This document shows positions 37,530-46,724 of a stretch of DNA of 48,841 nucleotides, piece after piece. The notes beneath the pieces were generated by a model. It was not told where the DNA came from and did not search any database. It saw only the letters and a list, made by a program, of their open reading frames with translations. Origin of the DNA: Chthonomonadaceae bacterium (lineage in GTDB: Bacteria; Armatimonadota; Chthonomonadetes; Chthonomonadales; Chthonomonadaceae); contig DASRGZ010000133.1 in the NCBI GenBank assembly GCA_035650735.1, positions 1 through 48,841 on the forward strand, written 5' to 3'. The position numbers were made by a program, and so were the translations under genes. The stretch's first letter is position 1; every line of letters begins with the position of its first letter.

Positions 37530-38669
37530 TCACTCGCTCTTGCGGAGCACGTACAGGCCCAGCAAGAAGAAGAGCACGTTTTGGGACCAGGCGGCTACCG
37601 GCGGGGCCAGCAGCGGCGCGCTGCCTTCCGGGCCGGGCGAGCCCAGGATGCGCGCCAGCAGCAGCGTATTCCAGTAGACGAAGACCAGGCAGATGGAGAG
37701 CAGCGTGCCCATAAACCCGCCGCCGCGCGCAAATCGCAGGGCTAAGGGCGGGCAGCAGATGGCCATCACCAGGCACGAGAAGGGGACGGAGAGCTTGAAA
37801 TGGTAGTCCAGCAGCGCGTAGGAGTCCAGAAAGCCCTGGGCGCGCTCGCGCTTGAGGTCTTCACCCAACTGGGAGAAGGTGCGCGTGGAGGAGTTGGCCA
37901 TGGTGCCCATCGGCATCTGCATCAGGAAGCCGCTCTGAAACGCCTGTGGGTCCACCGTGATATAGATGGTAGCCTTGCCGGGGCGCGCGGGCAGCAGCTC
38001 CTTGCCGTCCAGGCTGTAGTAGAGCAGAAAGGCGTTCTCCAGCGTCCAGATCCCGTCCTTATAACTGCCCTTATCGGCGGTCATCAGGAACGGTTTAGAT
38101 TGGCCGCCGAAAGCCGCTTTCGGGCTGCCGATGATCTGGACGCCGTGCAGCTCAATGTAGCCGGGCCGGGGGATCATGGTTTGGACGAAGAGCGCAAAGG
38201 ATTGGTCGGTCGAGATGATATATTGCCCGGTCTGAGGCGTCAGGCGTTTGATGTGCAGGGGCAGTTCGGCTCGGACGGCGTTGAAGCGATTCATCGAGGC
38301 GGGGACGACGTACTCCCCAAAATAGAAGTCGGCCAGGCTGGTCAGCAGGCCCACCACGAAGATGGGCATAAAGATCCGTATCAGGCTGACGCCGGCGCTG
38401 CGCAGGACGGTGATCTCCGAGTCGCGTCCGAGGCGGCTGATGGACAGAGAGGCAGCGACCGCCATCGCGACCGGCATGGTCATGTGGACGAGGAAGGGCA
38501 GGAAATAGAGCACCAGACGCGCGACATCCGCCACGGGAACCTGGTGCGCCAGAAATAGCTCGGCGTTGTTGTAGAGGACGGTTCCCGTCAGCATCAGGAC
38601 AATGGCGGCCTGCCCGATGAGGAACGGCACGACCATTTCGCGCACCAGATAGCGATCCAGTAACTTCAT
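37530..38669 (-). CDS. LptF/LptG family permease
   Basis: KLLDRYLVREMVVPF, RLGRDSEITVLRSAGVS, KLSVPFSCL, AAWSQN. Confidence 0.88.
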   Translation of the reverse strand: MKLLDRYLVREMVVPFLIGQAAIVLMLTGTVLYNNAELFLAHQVPVADVARLVLYFLPFLVHMTMPVAMAVAASLSISRLGRDSEITVLRSAGVSLIRIFMPIFVVGLLTSLADFYFGEYVVPASMNRFNAVRAELPLHIKRLTPQTGQYIISTDQSFALFVQTMIPRPGYIELHGVQIIGSPKAAFGGQSKPFLMTADKGSYKDGIWTLENAFLLYYSLDGKELLPARPGKATIYITVDPQAFQSGFLMQMPMGTMANSSTRTFSQLGEDLKRERAQGFLDSYALLDYHFKLSVPFSCLVMAICCPPLALRFARGGGFMGTLLSICLVFVYWNTLLLARILGSPGPEGSAPLLAPPVAAWSQNVLFFLLGLYVLRKSE

Positions 38670-38730
38670 CTATATTTGAACCACCCGCTGCGCTAGAGGC
38701 ACAGAGACACGGAGGAAAAGCCAATGCCCA

Positions 38731-38822
38731 ACAGGATTAACAGGATTTACAGGATTACGGATAGAGACAGAAGCAGGGATTGGATTGGTTTGTAGAAATC
38801 CGGTTAATCCTGTTAATCCTGT
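38731..38822. repeat. ACAGGATT-type palindromic repeat
   Basis: ACAGGATTAACAGGATTTACAGGATT (38731-56) pairs with 38797-38822 at 24/26; homologous to 5510-5614. Confidence 0.8.
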
Positions 38823-38978
38823 CTAAAATTGAGGTTAGCATAGCATAGGTGGGCCTTCGGCATTTGCCGGGTAGAATAAGAGCGTGCGGCGAAAAAACGG
38901 AGAAGGCGGTCGCCGCGCTTCTCAGAAGGTGCACGAACACCCTCTGGGCGACAACCGCCCCCTAGAAAGGCGGGGCAC

Positions 38979-39159
38979 ATGGCAGGCCAGATCTACCCAT
39001 GCGCTGGAGGGGCTGTTTTACGCGGCTGGAGCTGCGTATTATCTAACAGCCCTCTACTTGCTCCTCGCTGACCGGCGCAAGCTCAAGCAGCGAGAGCTAG
39101 GTAAAAACAGCGACGCTGGCGCAGACTCATTCGTCTGCGTCGGCGTTGCTCCCCTTTAA
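38979..39159 (+). other. Candidate small hydrophobic peptide gene (type I toxin-like), apparently frameshifted
   Basis: AGAAAGGCGGGG then ATG 38979 (MAGQI); hydrophobic THALEGLFYAAGAAYYLTALYLLLADRRKLK is in the +1 frame. Confidence 0.4.
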
Positions 39160-39275
39160 TATACCACGAAGGGCGGGACAATGGCAAGCGCGGCTACATT
39201 ATCAGAACCGCTTCATTATGACGCAACGCTGAGCCATCGCTTTCATCATCGGGTACTTTCGCCATAAGGAGGGCG

Positions 39276-40100
39276 CTAGAAGATGTGCTGGTGGATGCCC
39301 AGCGTGTCGCAGATCATGCGTATCTCGTGCTGAGTCAGGCCGTCGGCGAGGCCGTGATTGGTCAGATTCAGGTACTCGTAGCGGGCGCCGGTCTCCGCGT
39401 ATTCGATCAGGTCGCACGCCTTCTTGACCGAGCTATCCGAGCGCACGATCACGCCGTGCTTGGCCCACAGGACGATGCGGTGGTCGCGCATGGCCTTGAC
39501 GGTAGAGAGCATCAGTTCGGGAGAGCCGGGCAGCATGAAGCGCAGGAAGCCGATGCCCTCCGGGATGTTGACGACGGTTTCCGGCTGCCAGCGCAGGACG
39601 TGCCGGCTGAGGTAGAGCGTGTCCTGATAGCGCGGGATGTGGCTCAGGTAGACCAGATGCAGCGGCTGGGCATGGATGATGGCGTGGAAGTTGAGGCTGT
39701 TCCGGGAAATCTGGTCACGGTGAACGGCCAGGTGCGAGTTGAATTCGCTGGTAGGCTGCTTAAACAGCCGGTTGGGCGAGGTGAACAGCGTTCCCGCCCT
39801 GCCGCCGGGCTCCACGCGCACGAAGCCCAGGTTTGCCTCCGGGCTGCGGGCGATCTCGCGCAGGCGGCGGCCCGCTCCGGTGACCAGGAAGGCGTTCCCG
39901 GCCAGTTCCGGCGCGGCGGTGGGCAGCGTGTAGGGCTCTGCGATGGGAAAGTAGGGTTCCGGGTTTACGTCCCAGCCTATATAGACGGAGATGTTGCCGG
40001 CGGCGCCCTCGCTGGCTTCGATCTCGGCCAGGCGCTGCCCGGTCTCCCCGATGAGACTCATAAGCTCTTCGAGCGATGGATAAGGGGGCGAAATAGGCAT
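39276..40100 (-). CDS. Class II aldolase/adducin family protein (rhamnulose-1-phosphate aldolase-like)
   Basis: EGAAGNIS, PTSEFNSHL, IIHAQP, VLWAKHG. Confidence 0.85.
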   Translation of the reverse strand: MPISPPYPSLEELMSLIGETGQRLAEIEASEGAAGNISVYIGWDVNPEPYFPIAEPYTLPTAAPELAGNAFLVTGAGRRLREIARSPEANLGFVRVEPGGRAGTLFTSPNRLFKQPTSEFNSHLAVHRDQISRNSLNFHAIIHAQPLHLVYLSHIPRYQDTLYLSRHVLRWQPETVVNIPEGIGFLRFMLPGSPELMLSTVKAMRDHRIVLWAKHGVIVRSDSSVKKACDLIEYAETGARYEYLNLTNHGLADGLTQHEIRMICDTLGIHQHIF

Positions 40101-40211
40101 GTAGCTTGCTCCTGGGTAGACACTCCCAGCCGTGTGGATCAATCTCACGCAGCCTGCTGCTGAGGAGATACGTCAACACCGTTGGGAGGGATTACCGCTC
40201 CTGCTGCATCG

Positions 40212-40505
40212 CTAAAATTCGTAATCCAGGGCCAGCACATCGGCTTTGATGGGATTGATATAGTTCTGTACGACGCGCTGATGTATCGGGTGGGGGCCAT
40301 ACGCTTCGAGGGCCGCACGGTCGGCAAAGCGCACGGCCTGGTCGTGCGTAAAGCCCTGAGAGCGGGGAGAGAAGTTCTCGCCGCAGGAAAGATCGAGGAT
40401 GCCCTCAATCTGGCCTTTCAGTCCACGCAGCTCCTTCACGACCTTGTTGATGGCTTCCGGCGTCGCCGACTCAATCCACTTGAACAGCACAACATGCTCG
40501 ACCAC
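40212..40505 (-). CDS. Dabb family (stress-responsive A/B barrel) protein
   Basis: VEHVVLFK, GENFSPRSQGFTH, YGPHPIHQ. Confidence 0.85.
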   Translation of the reverse strand: MVEHVVLFKWIESATPEAINKVVKELRGLKGQIEGILDLSCGENFSPRSQGFTHDQAVRFADRAALEAYGPHPIHQRVVQNYINPIKADVLALDYEF

Positions 40506-40617
40506 GGGCTTCGCTCCTTTTGTGTCTTTCCTCTCATTTTACCTGGAAGGCGGGAATTTCTGTGTCGCGCGTCGAATGGAACCATAACTTCACTTGCAAG
40601 GAAAGGAGAGGATGCCG

Positions 40618-41505
40618 ATGTCTCAGCCTGCCTATAAAGTGGTGCCGCCCGGTTTCACACCGGAACAGTGGGAAGCGTTCGACCGCGATGGTTATTTGAT
40701 CTTCGAGAATGCGCTCTCACCCGAAGAGGTGCGCCGGTACATCGAGGCCATTGATCGCGTCGTCGCCAAACATCCGGACTACGTGGCTGGCAAGCCCTTC
40801 ACCCCATGGAGCGGCGTGGCCCACCTGGACCCGGTGCTGACCGAACTAATCGACCACCCGCGCCACGTCGGCTACGCTTATGACCTCTATGGCGAGCTCC
40901 TGAAGCTGCATAACTCCCAGGTCTTCCTGCGCCCGCCGGGCAAGTCCGGGACGAAATGGCATAACGACGGCGCGCGGGCCGTGCCCTACACCGCCTACGC
41001 GCCGACCATTCCGCTTCAGTTTAAGGTCGCCTACTGGCTGACCGACCTGCCGCACGAGCACATGGGCAACCTGGTCGTGGCGCCGGGCAGCCATAAGAGC
41101 CCCTATTTCGACGCTTACACCCAGCCGGTAGACGTGCCCGGCCAGATGGCTGTCTGCGTGCCTGCCGGAACCATGATGTTCATGAATGGCAATATCTTCC
41201 ACACGGTCCAGGATAACGAGAGCGACGTCACCCGCTACAATATCTTCTATACCTACTGCCCGTCCTGGGTATGCGAGGCGGATCGGCTCTGTTGCGATGA
41301 GGCGTGGCTGGCTACCTTGACGCGCGAGCAACGGATCATCATGCGCTCGTATAAAAATCCCTATGACCGCACCAAGCCTCCGGCAGAGGATTTCCCGCTC
41401 TATCTGGATCGCGATACGGGTCTGGATCACGACCTCGACGCCGATCTGGAGGTGCCGCTGGCTATCCGCAAGCGTCGCGTTCTACACGAGAAGATCGGTA
41501 AGTGA
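40618..41505 (+). CDS. Phytanoyl-CoA dioxygenase (PhyH) family 2OG-Fe(II) oxygenase
   Basis: FDRDGYL, WHND, VAPGSHK, IFH motifs. Confidence 0.85.
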   Translation: MSQPAYKVVPPGFTPEQWEAFDRDGYLIFENALSPEEVRRYIEAIDRVVAKHPDYVAGKPFTPWSGVAHLDPVLTELIDHPRHVGYAYDLYGELLKLHNSQVFLRPPGKSGTKWHNDGARAVPYTAYAPTIPLQFKVAYWLTDLPHEHMGNLVVAPGSHKSPYFDAYTQPVDVPGQMAVCVPAGTMMFMNGNIFHTVQDNESDVTRYNIFYTYCPSWVCEADRLCCDEAWLATLTREQRIIMRSYKNPYDRTKPPAEDFPLYLDRDTGLDHDLDADLEVPLAIRKRRVLHEKIGK

Positions 41506-41560
41506 GGGCTACCGAGAGAGAGGCCGGGGGTGAGGTCTCTTTCTCCCCTCTCCTTTAGGA

Positions 41561-41589
41561 TTGACAGAAAACAGACCTGCCGCTATACT
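41561..41589 (+). promoter_or_regulatory. Sigma70 promoter
   Basis: TTGACA-17-TATACT. Confidence 0.65.
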
Positions 41590-41714
41590 TAACTTGCTGG
41601 CAATTGATTTCGAAGCACTTCTGCTTGCACTCTTGCCCGCCATCGCCGCGCGCTGGATTTGCGGCTTTCCGGGCAGCCAGCGCGCCGCGACCAGAAAGAA
41701 AGGAACGTCGTGGT

Positions 41715-42404
41715 ATGGGAGCCTCGGTACATTGGACGTTGCTCAATATCGGCACGCTGGGACAGAACCGGCTCTGGGGCGAAACCACCCGCCGCCGCCC
41801 GCATATCTGCACGATGACGGCGCTGCGCTCCGGGAACCTCACCATCCTCGTCGATCCCTCTCGCGATCCGAAGGATATGCCCCGCTATCTGGATAACGCC
41901 TGCGGCATCGCGCCCGCGCAGGTAGATTTCGTCTTCCTCACGCATTTCCATGGTGACCACAGACGCGGCATTGAGGCGTTTCCCAGCGCCACCTGGCTGA
42001 TGGCCGACGACGAGATCGCCTACTGGTGGGAGCACACACGCGACGATACGCCGGAAGGCGCGCTGCTGGATCGCCTGGAGCGCGCCGACGACCGCCTGGC
42101 CGACGGCATCGAACTGCTGCCCACGCCTGGCCACACGCCCCACCATACCGGCCTGCGCGTGGAGGCTGAGGACAGCCTACGCGTCATCGTCGCGGGCGAC
42201 GCCATCCTGTCGCGGGCGCACTACCTGGCACGCCAACCCTACGCCGACAAAGCCCACTGGGACACGGCCCTGCGCACTATGGATCAGGTCGTCGCCGATT
42301 CGGACATCGTTATTCCGGGCCACGATAACTACTTCTGTACCCACCTGCTGCCGCAAAATCGGGCGGAGGCTGCCCACAGCCTCGCCGGAGTAAAGAGAGG
42401 CTAG
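41715..42404 (+). CDS. Metallo-beta-lactamase fold hydrolase
   Basis: THFHGDH, TPGHTPHH, AGD, IPGHD. Confidence 0.85.
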   Translation: MGASVHWTLLNIGTLGQNRLWGETTRRRPHICTMTALRSGNLTILVDPSRDPKDMPRYLDNACGIAPAQVDFVFLTHFHGDHRRGIEAFPSATWLMADDEIAYWWEHTRDDTPEGALLDRLERADDRLADGIELLPTPGHTPHHTGLRVEAEDSLRVIVAGDAILSRAHYLARQPYADKAHWDTALRTMDQVVADSDIVIPGHDNYFCTHLLPQNRAEAAHSLAGVKRG

Positions 42405-42504
42405 ATAACGCCCCGCAAAAAGAGAACGCCTCCTGCACACAGGATGGATATAGCAGGCTCTTTGTGGGCGAATACCGCAGGCACTATGTAGAGTCGCGAA
42501 GGGG

Positions 42505-43095
42505 TCAGGAGGTGGCGGCGGTGAGGGAGCGGCTACCGGGCTCACGGATGGGGAGGCCCTGCGCGCAGAGCGGACACTCCTCCGGAGCATAGGTTTCAGC
42601 CTCCACGGTAAGCAGGGCTTCCTGGCGATAGCCTAAATCCACCGTGCCGCCGCTGCGATCCACCAGTACCGCCGTCCCCACGATATGCGCCTTGCGCGCC
42701 TCCGCCAGCGCGATACATTCCCGCACCGCCCCGCCCATAGTCATGACATCATCCACGATGAGGGTGCGGGCGCCGGGCTCCAGCGCCAGGCCGCGCCGCA
42801 GCATCCGCTGGCCTTGCTCCTTCTCCGCGTAGAGGGCGCGCACGCCCATCTGGCGCGCTACCTCGAACGCCAGCAGAATGCCTCCTGTGGTCGGCCCCAG
42901 CACGACCTCTACGTTCTCGTTCTGATACCGGCGCGCGATCTCAGAGCACAGTCTCTCCACGCTGCGGGGCCATTGCAGCACCCAGAACTTCTCCCAGTAC
43001 TCGCCGCTGTGGCGTCCCGAGGAGAGCCGGAAGTGGCCTTTCTGCCACGCCTGGGCCTCCAGGAAAATCTGTCGCACCTCTTCTTGGGTCAGCAA
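42505..43095 (-). CDS. pyrE: Orotate phosphoribosyltransferase
   Basis: GHFRLSSGRHS, IVDDVMTMGG, VDRSGG, CPLC; GGAGG RBS before TTG 43095. Confidence 0.92.
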   Translation of the reverse strand: MLTQEEVRQIFLEAQAWQKGHFRLSSGRHSGEYWEKFWVLQWPRSVERLCSEIARRYQNENVEVVLGPTTGGILLAFEVARQMGVRALYAEKEQGQRMLRRGLALEPGARTLIVDDVMTMGGAVRECIALAEARKAHIVGTAVLVDRSGGTVDLGYRQEALLTVEAETYAPEECPLCAQGLPIREPGSRSLTAATS

Positions 43096-43232
43096 AGTCT
43101 CTCTCCTCCGCCGCAAGCCGAAGAAAACGCAAAATACAAAGGGAAGGCTGACAGCCTTCTACGTCCTCTCTGCGGCAAAGTATAGCGCGCCGACGATGCA
43201 AATGTAAAGGCTGTCGTATGGCAATGGGATTT

Positions 43233-44693
43233 TCAATGCCCGGCGGGCTGTTGCCCACCCACGGACTGCGCGATCAGCCGGTCGAACTCCTCGGCGCTCA
43301 GGATGCCCTCCTCCAGCACGACCTCCTTGATGGATTTGCCTTCCGCTTGGGCGCGCTTGACCACCCTGGCCGCGTTGATGTAGCCGATGACCGGGTTGAG
43401 CGCCGTTGCCAGCCCCATGCTGTGCTCCAGATAGTAGGCGCAGCGCTCGGAATCCGCCGTAATGCCCGCCACGCAGCGGGCCGCAAACAGCCGGGTCGCG
43501 TTGGTCAGGATGGTCAGCGATTGGTTTAAGTTGTGGGCCATGACCGGCATCATGACGTTGAGTTCCAGCTGCCCGGCCTGCGAGGCCATGGCGACCACCG
43601 TATCGTTGCCGAGCACCTGATAGCAGACCATGTTCAGCATCTCCGCCATGACCGGATTGACCTTGCCCGGCATGATGGAGGAGCCGGGCTGCACGGGCGG
43701 CAGCTCGATCTCAGCCAGGCCGGTATTCGGGCCGGAGGAGAGCAGGCGCAGGTCGTTGGCGATGCGGTTAAGATCGAGGGCGAGCGTGCGCAGCGCGGCG
43801 GAGACGACGACGAAGGCGTCCGTGTTCTGGCATAGCTCGATCAAGTCTTCGCCGGAGTAGAGGTTGAAGCCGGTATCCTCCATGAGGGCCTGTGCCATCC
43901 GTTGCGGGAAGCCGGGCTGCGTGTTAATGCTGGTGCCGATGGCATTGCCGCCGATTCCAAGCTCCTCTAGCTCCTTCTGCGCAAGTTGCAAGCGCGTCAG
44001 GTTCTTGCGCACGGTGACGGCCCAGGCGTGAAACTCCTGGCCTAAGCGCATCGGTACAGCGTCCTGCAAGTGCGTGCGCCCGGATTTGACGATTTCGTGG
44101 AACTCCTGCCCCTTGGCGTCGAACGCCTCCGCCAGGCCGGCCAGCGCCGGATACAATTCCTGCAGCAGCCGCAGCGCCGCCAGCCGCATCGCCGTCGGGA
44201 TCACGTCGTTGGTGCTCTGGCCCATGTTGACGTGGTCGTTGGGGTCTACCAGCGCGCGGTCGCCCGGCTGCCCGCCCAGGATCTGGATGGCCCGGTTCGC
44301 CAGCACCTCATTGACGTTCATATTATGCGAGGTGCCTGCGCCGGCCTGGTAGACATCCACCACGAACTGCTTGCCGTAGACCGCGCCGTGATTGTCGGTC
44401 AGGTCGCGCATAATCTCGTCCGCCGCCTGGATGATGGCGTTGGCAACCTCATCGGGGTTGCGCCCGCGAAAAGCATCGGGGTTGCGCTCCTGGCGGGCGC
44501 GAAACTCGCCCAGGTCGCGGTTGACGCGCGCCGCCGCCTTCTTGATCGCCAGCGTCGCCCAGAGGAAAGCCGGGTGCGCGCGCATCCCGCTGACCGGAAA
44601 GTTGACGACGGCGCGGGCGGTGCTTGCTCCATACAGCGCATCGGCAGGAACCGTCATCTCGCCCAGAGAGTCGCGTTCGATCCGTGTCTCCAT
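43233..44693 (-). CDS. aspA: Aspartate ammonia-lyase / class II fumarase family lyase
   Basis: RIERDSLG, GAGTSHNMNVNEV, QSTNDV, KSGRTHLQDAVP, GSSIMPGKVNP. Confidence 0.8.
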   Translation of the reverse strand: METRIERDSLGEMTVPADALYGASTARAVVNFPVSGMRAHPAFLWATLAIKKAAARVNRDLGEFRARQERNPDAFRGRNPDEVANAIIQAADEIMRDLTDNHGAVYGKQFVVDVYQAGAGTSHNMNVNEVLANRAIQILGGQPGDRALVDPNDHVNMGQSTNDVIPTAMRLAALRLLQELYPALAGLAEAFDAKGQEFHEIVKSGRTHLQDAVPMRLGQEFHAWAVTVRKNLTRLQLAQKELEELGIGGNAIGTSINTQPGFPQRMAQALMEDTGFNLYSGEDLIELCQNTDAFVVVSAALRTLALDLNRIANDLRLLSSGPNTGLAEIELPPVQPGSSIMPGKVNPVMAEMLNMVCYQVLGNDTVVAMASQAGQLELNVMMPVMAHNLNQSLTILTNATRLFAARCVAGITADSERCAYYLEHSMGLATALNPVIGYINAARVVKRAQAEGKSIKEVVLEEGILSAEEFDRLIAQSVGGQQPAGH

Positions 44694-45075
44694 GCTCTCC
44701 CTCCTCTTCTATAACCATTTCTATTTTGCCCATAACCATCTACGCAGCGGCGCGGTGCGCCGTGCGCAGCATTCAAAACGGCCCCTGGCCAATGGTCGCA
44801 TGGGTTCCCGAGGGCACCCGGTCAGGCTCTTCGCGATGAGAACGGCGATAGGAACGACGAAATTCTCGTGCGGATAGCAGGCGGTTTTCTCTATTGCCTG
44901 GCTCCAGGGAGGTAGATTTTTGGTACAATGCAGTCATCTACTGTGAATGAGAAGCGAGGAAGATCATGAGCATAATCCGCTTTGAGCTCCAAAAAGGTTG
45001 AACCCGGAGGCGCGCTTTCGCTGGCCGCAGCCTTCGGGCCATTGGGTTTAATGCAACAAGAGAGGCGAGGAGCAG

Positions 45076-45390
45076 ATGAGAATTCCTACCAACAAGCGTG
45101 CATCCAGGATGCACATCGGGGTCGGTTTCTACCGCCGGGAGGAGGAGTGGGAATGGCTTAAGGCGATCAGTATTGATAGAGAAGCATTGCACGCTTCCTA
45201 TGATGAGTGGCAGCGCGATTTCGAGGCGAGACTTTCTGACTTACAACGCCAGGGTGTGAAGGCCAAGAAGGTAGAAGTGGAGGTAATGGAACTTCTGGCG
45301 TGGTGTGAGCAGCAGGCACGCCCTGTCTGTGCCGAGACACGCGCTCAGTTTGTCGCTGTTAAGCTCCAAGAGGAGGATGTGGCAAAATAG
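45076..45390 (+). CDS. Hypothetical protein
   Basis: GAGGAG RBS; GVGFYRREEEWEWLKAISIDREALHASYDEW...WC. Confidence 0.6.
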   Translation: MRIPTNKRASRMHIGVGFYRREEEWEWLKAISIDREALHASYDEWQRDFEARLSDLQRQGVKAKKVEVEVMELLAWCEQQARPVCAETRAQFVAVKLQEEDVAK

Positions 45391-45408
45391 GCAGTGAGGA
45401 GGAGCGCT

Positions 45409-46507
45409 ATGCTACGAAATTGCGTGCTTCTGGTGTGTGCCCTTACGGCAATGGCATTCGCGGGAGCGCCGGTTCCTGCCGCAGAGCAGGGGAAGGTGCG
45501 TCTGCTCCACCTGCCTCCAGAGGCGCATGTGTACGTAGATGGTCGGCCTGTGGCGGCGCAGAAGGATGCGCTCCTCCTGGCGCCCGGCTGGCATGAGATC
45601 CAGGTTGAGACGTTGCAGGACCGGCTGGTATCGGCCTGTCGTCGGCGCCTGCACATCGCGGCACGCCAGATCCAGACGCTCACCCTGACCATGCTGCCGG
45701 TTCGCCAGCCGGCCATACATCGCGGTGAGGAAGTTCTGCTGCCTCCCGGACCGCCCGGCGCCGTCGGGCCCGCCCGGACCGCCCGCGCAAAGCCTCGCGC
45801 TCTCTTCCTTCCGGGCAGATACGCAGGCGTTAAGCCAGCCGCTGCGGAAAGCCCTGCTGGCCCTGTTGGGCGAGTTAAACGCGCGGGCCACCGCTATTGA
45901 ACACAGGCTGTTTTACGATATCCCGCAGTTCTACTGGTACAGCCCGGCAAAGCAGATTGCCTTTGGGCCGCCAGGCAATCCTGGGCCTCCCGGACCGCCG
46001 GGCGCTCCCGGACTGCCCGGCGAACTCTGGCTCATTCAGGACGACCGGAGTCAGCCGCTGCTGGAGAGCTTGAAAATGCAGCTTGGAATGCGCTCCGTTG
46101 CCGCATCGCTGGAGGCTCTGGAATCGCGCGCCGCACGGCTGCGCGGGAGGGGAATTGGCGGCTGGCGCATCCAGGTGCTGACGCCGGAGTGGAGGGCTAT
46201 GCTAGACTGGCAAAGGCAGCAGGCTCTGGCGCAGCCACAGGCTCCGTTTCCTGGACCCGACGATTTCGGATTGGGCGGCTGCGTGGGGTTGCAGGGACCG
46301 CCGGGAGCGCGCGGTGAGGATGGGCACGCGCCCGCTAATGCGGAGCCTGTGCGCCTGACGCCGGAGCAGTGGAGGCAACTGCGGACCCTGCTGAGCCAGG
46401 ACAAAGCAATCCAGGAAGGGCTTCAGGGCTTGCGGGCGCAGAGAGCAGACCTCTCCTTATGGGTGGCTGAGGCCGAGCACGAAAGCAACAGCGAAGGGAA
46501 GCGGTGA
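45409..46507 (+). pseudogene. Secreted PEGA-like + collagen-like (GPP) protein with apparent +1 frameshift
   Basis: Signal peptide, PPEAHVYVDG..LAPGWHEI; GPPGAVGP continues as PGPPAQS in the next frame after an extra C at 45769-71; later GPPGNPGPPGPPGAPGLPG. Confidence 0.65.
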
Positions 46508-46724
46508 GCTTTAGCCGGTGAGTGCGTTTCCAGGCTGAAAAAACTGTAACCACCGGCGAAGACGGCACTCTATAATAACTGTACCTCCAACGAGAAAATT
46601 CGCTGCTCTGGAGGTACGACCGGAGTTGCGCATACACCTGACCACTGGCTGCTGACCACCGTTGGAGGTAAAATTGGGGTTGCGCGTGCACCCTGCGAGC
46701 GTCGTCTGTTTGTGAGCCTTATCT

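Noticed and set aside
44966..45001. Tiny ORF MSIIRFELQKG after a GAGGA RBS
   Set aside because: Too short, with no supporting features; at most a gene remnant
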